Shown here in pieces: positions 61,725 through 64,000 of a stretch of DNA of 64,000 bases. The DNA comes from Phoronis australis (lineage: Eukaryota > Animalia > Phoronida). A program made the position numbers and the translations under genes. How positions within the stretch are numbered: position 1 is the first letter of the stretch; each line of letters starts with the position of its first letter. The notes under the pieces were generated by a model. It was not told where the DNA came from. It worked only from the letters and a program-made list of their open reading frames with translations, and did no database searches. Location: contig NMRA01000219.1 in the NCBI GenBank assembly GCA_002633005.1, positions 57,236 through 121,235 of the forward strand, given 5' to 3'.

Positions 61725-64000
61725 AGGGACATTTGCGCCAAAAATAAAAAAAACATTATTACACAAATTAGCAGTACATGTAGCTCGGAGTCGGGCTCAC
61801 TAGCTGATCCAATCCCCATCCGTAGGTAACAGACTAGTTGCATATGGCACCGATTTTGGTTTCAGCGAATACGGTCTGACTGACCGACAACGGTGAGAAT
61901 TGTCGACTTGCAATAAAATCACAAAACACAACTGATTTTGTCGTTTTATGATTTTAATGAAAATTAGTAACTTCGAAAAGTCTATCCCATTTGACAACAA
62001 TCCCCACAGATCGTTCTTCGGCCCTAAAATCCGTAATGTTCCTTTGATGAGGAAATTTGCAGTGTTGCGTAATATNACTTGACTACTGCGCCATCTATAC
62101 ATCGACGGTAAAGCTTAAATACCCGTGACTGCGTGTGGGAAATTGCGATTGCGTGAGCTGAAGTCGATATTTTCAAAGTACAATTACACCACTGTTTAAG
62201 GTTGCAAATTGAGTTTTTTTGATATCCTTCTATAGAAAAAGCTTTAATCTCTCTGATGAAATCATCTATTTCCTTTTAAACGTAACTTAAGTCCTAAAAT
62301 TTGTCCGGGGAAGGAGGCCAAAAACGGCGGTTTAGCTAGTTGTCCCTTCCTGGTTATCTCTTCCTGGTAATATTCATTTGCGTATTGATTTCATGATCTT
62401 TCAGAAAGCATTTGTAACATGTTTGAGACAAACAACAGGCAAATAAAAGTCAGATCAACGTACAGCATACACACCAACAAACATGACGTTTGCCCTTAGC
62501 TAGTTTTAGTTCCATAAGTTGCAGTTGCCTGTGTTCTAGCAATGGTGAGCACTAATTGGTTGACAAGACTTATTAACGTAATCCTGTCGCTTATCAAGAC
62601 TGAGGTTTAAAGAATGCCACCCTATTTAATTAGTCTTTTTTACCGTCCTAATCGGTCTATATTCACATCGCCTCTTATACGATCGACCTCACCTTGCCGA
62701 GAGGTGTCGCGTTAACCTGTGAGGAAGGTGAGAAACGACGCAGCGACGTCAATGGTTCGTCTGCAGAGTGAATGCCGCTATATAGTTCCCGCTTGCCCGA
62801 ACTATGAAGCTGCGAAGAAAGCGAGAGCCCGAAATACATGGGAAGTGGCTCGCGGTTGTAAAGAAGATAAAAGGTACGCTGCAAGTATGAGGCCGTGAAA
62901 CATCTCCGTGTCTGTGGCCGGCATTTCATGGACATTGATTTCTGACAAATTCCGGCTTACCAAAGAACTATCCATACGTTCCGTTGCCTGTGCATGTTCA
63001 CGGCGCCTCTCTAGTATTTCTTGGTCAATGTATTCCGGTTCGAACTGATAGCCTGTGAAACCTAAAGATCCGACCCGTGAAGTCTTCGTCGGATGAGCTC
63101 TTGACTAAGTCGGGATTAGCGCCGGGCGAGTTGCCATGTAGACGTGCGTTCTGTTTCAAAATGAATTATTCTCGTCCTAACCAATGCTTATATAAAACTG
63201 AAGTCTCATTAGATACAATTTGTAATGTCTTTGCAGTACTCGTGAATGCAAATGTTGAGAAGCCAGCAATGAATAAACCACTGCGTTACCGGCTTTAGAT
63301 GACGGCAACAAAGGTAATTGACCGGGCACCGAGGCAGTGTGAGGGCATGCTAATTCAGTGCAGACAGAAAGCTGTTGTGAAACAATTACTCGATTTTATA
63401 TGCTATGGTCACATGTTAGGGGAATCTTTATTCAGAATACAAATACAATATTAAAGTCATTGTTACTGTACAATCTTTGCCATGACGGTCTGTGGAAGTG
63501 GAACCCGACTTCGCGGCCCCCAATAATTTTTCAGTTTTGTGGCAAATTCACATAAATAATTACGTGCACATTATTTCTTTGGCTCACTATTATAGTCTTT
63601 TCGTGACTGGAGGTTTAGTTTCCAACTCAAGCTGGTTTATATTCGTGCCAGTCCCGGCGGCCGCGACGGGCCTGATCAGGTTTTAGCCACTGGCCGGGAT
63701 AACAAGCGTTTTGTGTGTTTAGAACTCAAAAATCCCAAGTACAAACAACACAGATCTTGGTTCTCCTGTCTGTATTTCACGGAAAAACTTATGCTTCGAA
63801 TTTATCTCCGAACAGACCCCAAACTCCTGCTATGGACCTTCGTAAATTGGCCTGCCGAACTTTGTAGGCTACGGTCTGTCCAAATACCAATAAATCCGTA
63901 ACAGCGAAATAAAACAACACGTATTTATAAGAACTCGGTGTATTTTTAAGGGTTTTACATTGATACAAAATAGGTTGTTTTTGGGTGGCGTTCTCCTTTA
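61725..64000 (+). mobile_element. Probable Kolobok-like DNA transposon (left end only) with a degenerate THAP domain
   Basis: TTAA|AGGGACATT start; at 62773-62942 YIVPAC...KWLAVVKK, then frameshifted KHLRVCGRHFMDIDF (THAP RVCxxHF). Right TIR not in the window, so extent is uncertain. Confidence 0.45.

Overview
Animal (invertebrate, probably lophotrochozoan-like; taxon is inference) nuclear genomic DNA, AT-rich, with GT-AG introns, two N-gaps (7467-7557, 49288-49328) and many decayed transposons. Four spliced genes can be rebuilt by eye. (1) BOLA3 on +: exons 8096-8125, 10685-10820, 11373-11461, 27238-27312 (109 aa), with a ~15.8 kb last intron rich in TGCATG motifs and candidate alternative exons. 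(2) A TLC-domain membrane protein on +: 29475-29659 + 35599-36649 (411 aa), with a long tail carrying PP1- and PDZ-type motifs. (3) A GT7 beta-1,4-galactosyl/GalNAc-transferase on -: 51222-51005, 47973-47786, 47534-47307, 46221-46053; 5' exons unresolved. (4) The most unusual element, on -: 57938-57789 + 56468-54745, a single-pass membrane protein with a TSP1-like ectodomain, five cytoplasmic helical repeats and a C-terminal domain resembling the dynein heavy-chain microtubule-binding domain, with no motor domain. Mobile DNA includes a Penelope-like RT relic, a tRNA-derived SINE, a CAG-ended MITE family with 5-bp TSDs, an 8-bp-TSD hAT MITE, a self-nested ISL2EU-like THAP/SWIM element and a Kolobok-like left end. 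All homology calls come from manual translation and remembered family consensus; no searches were run.
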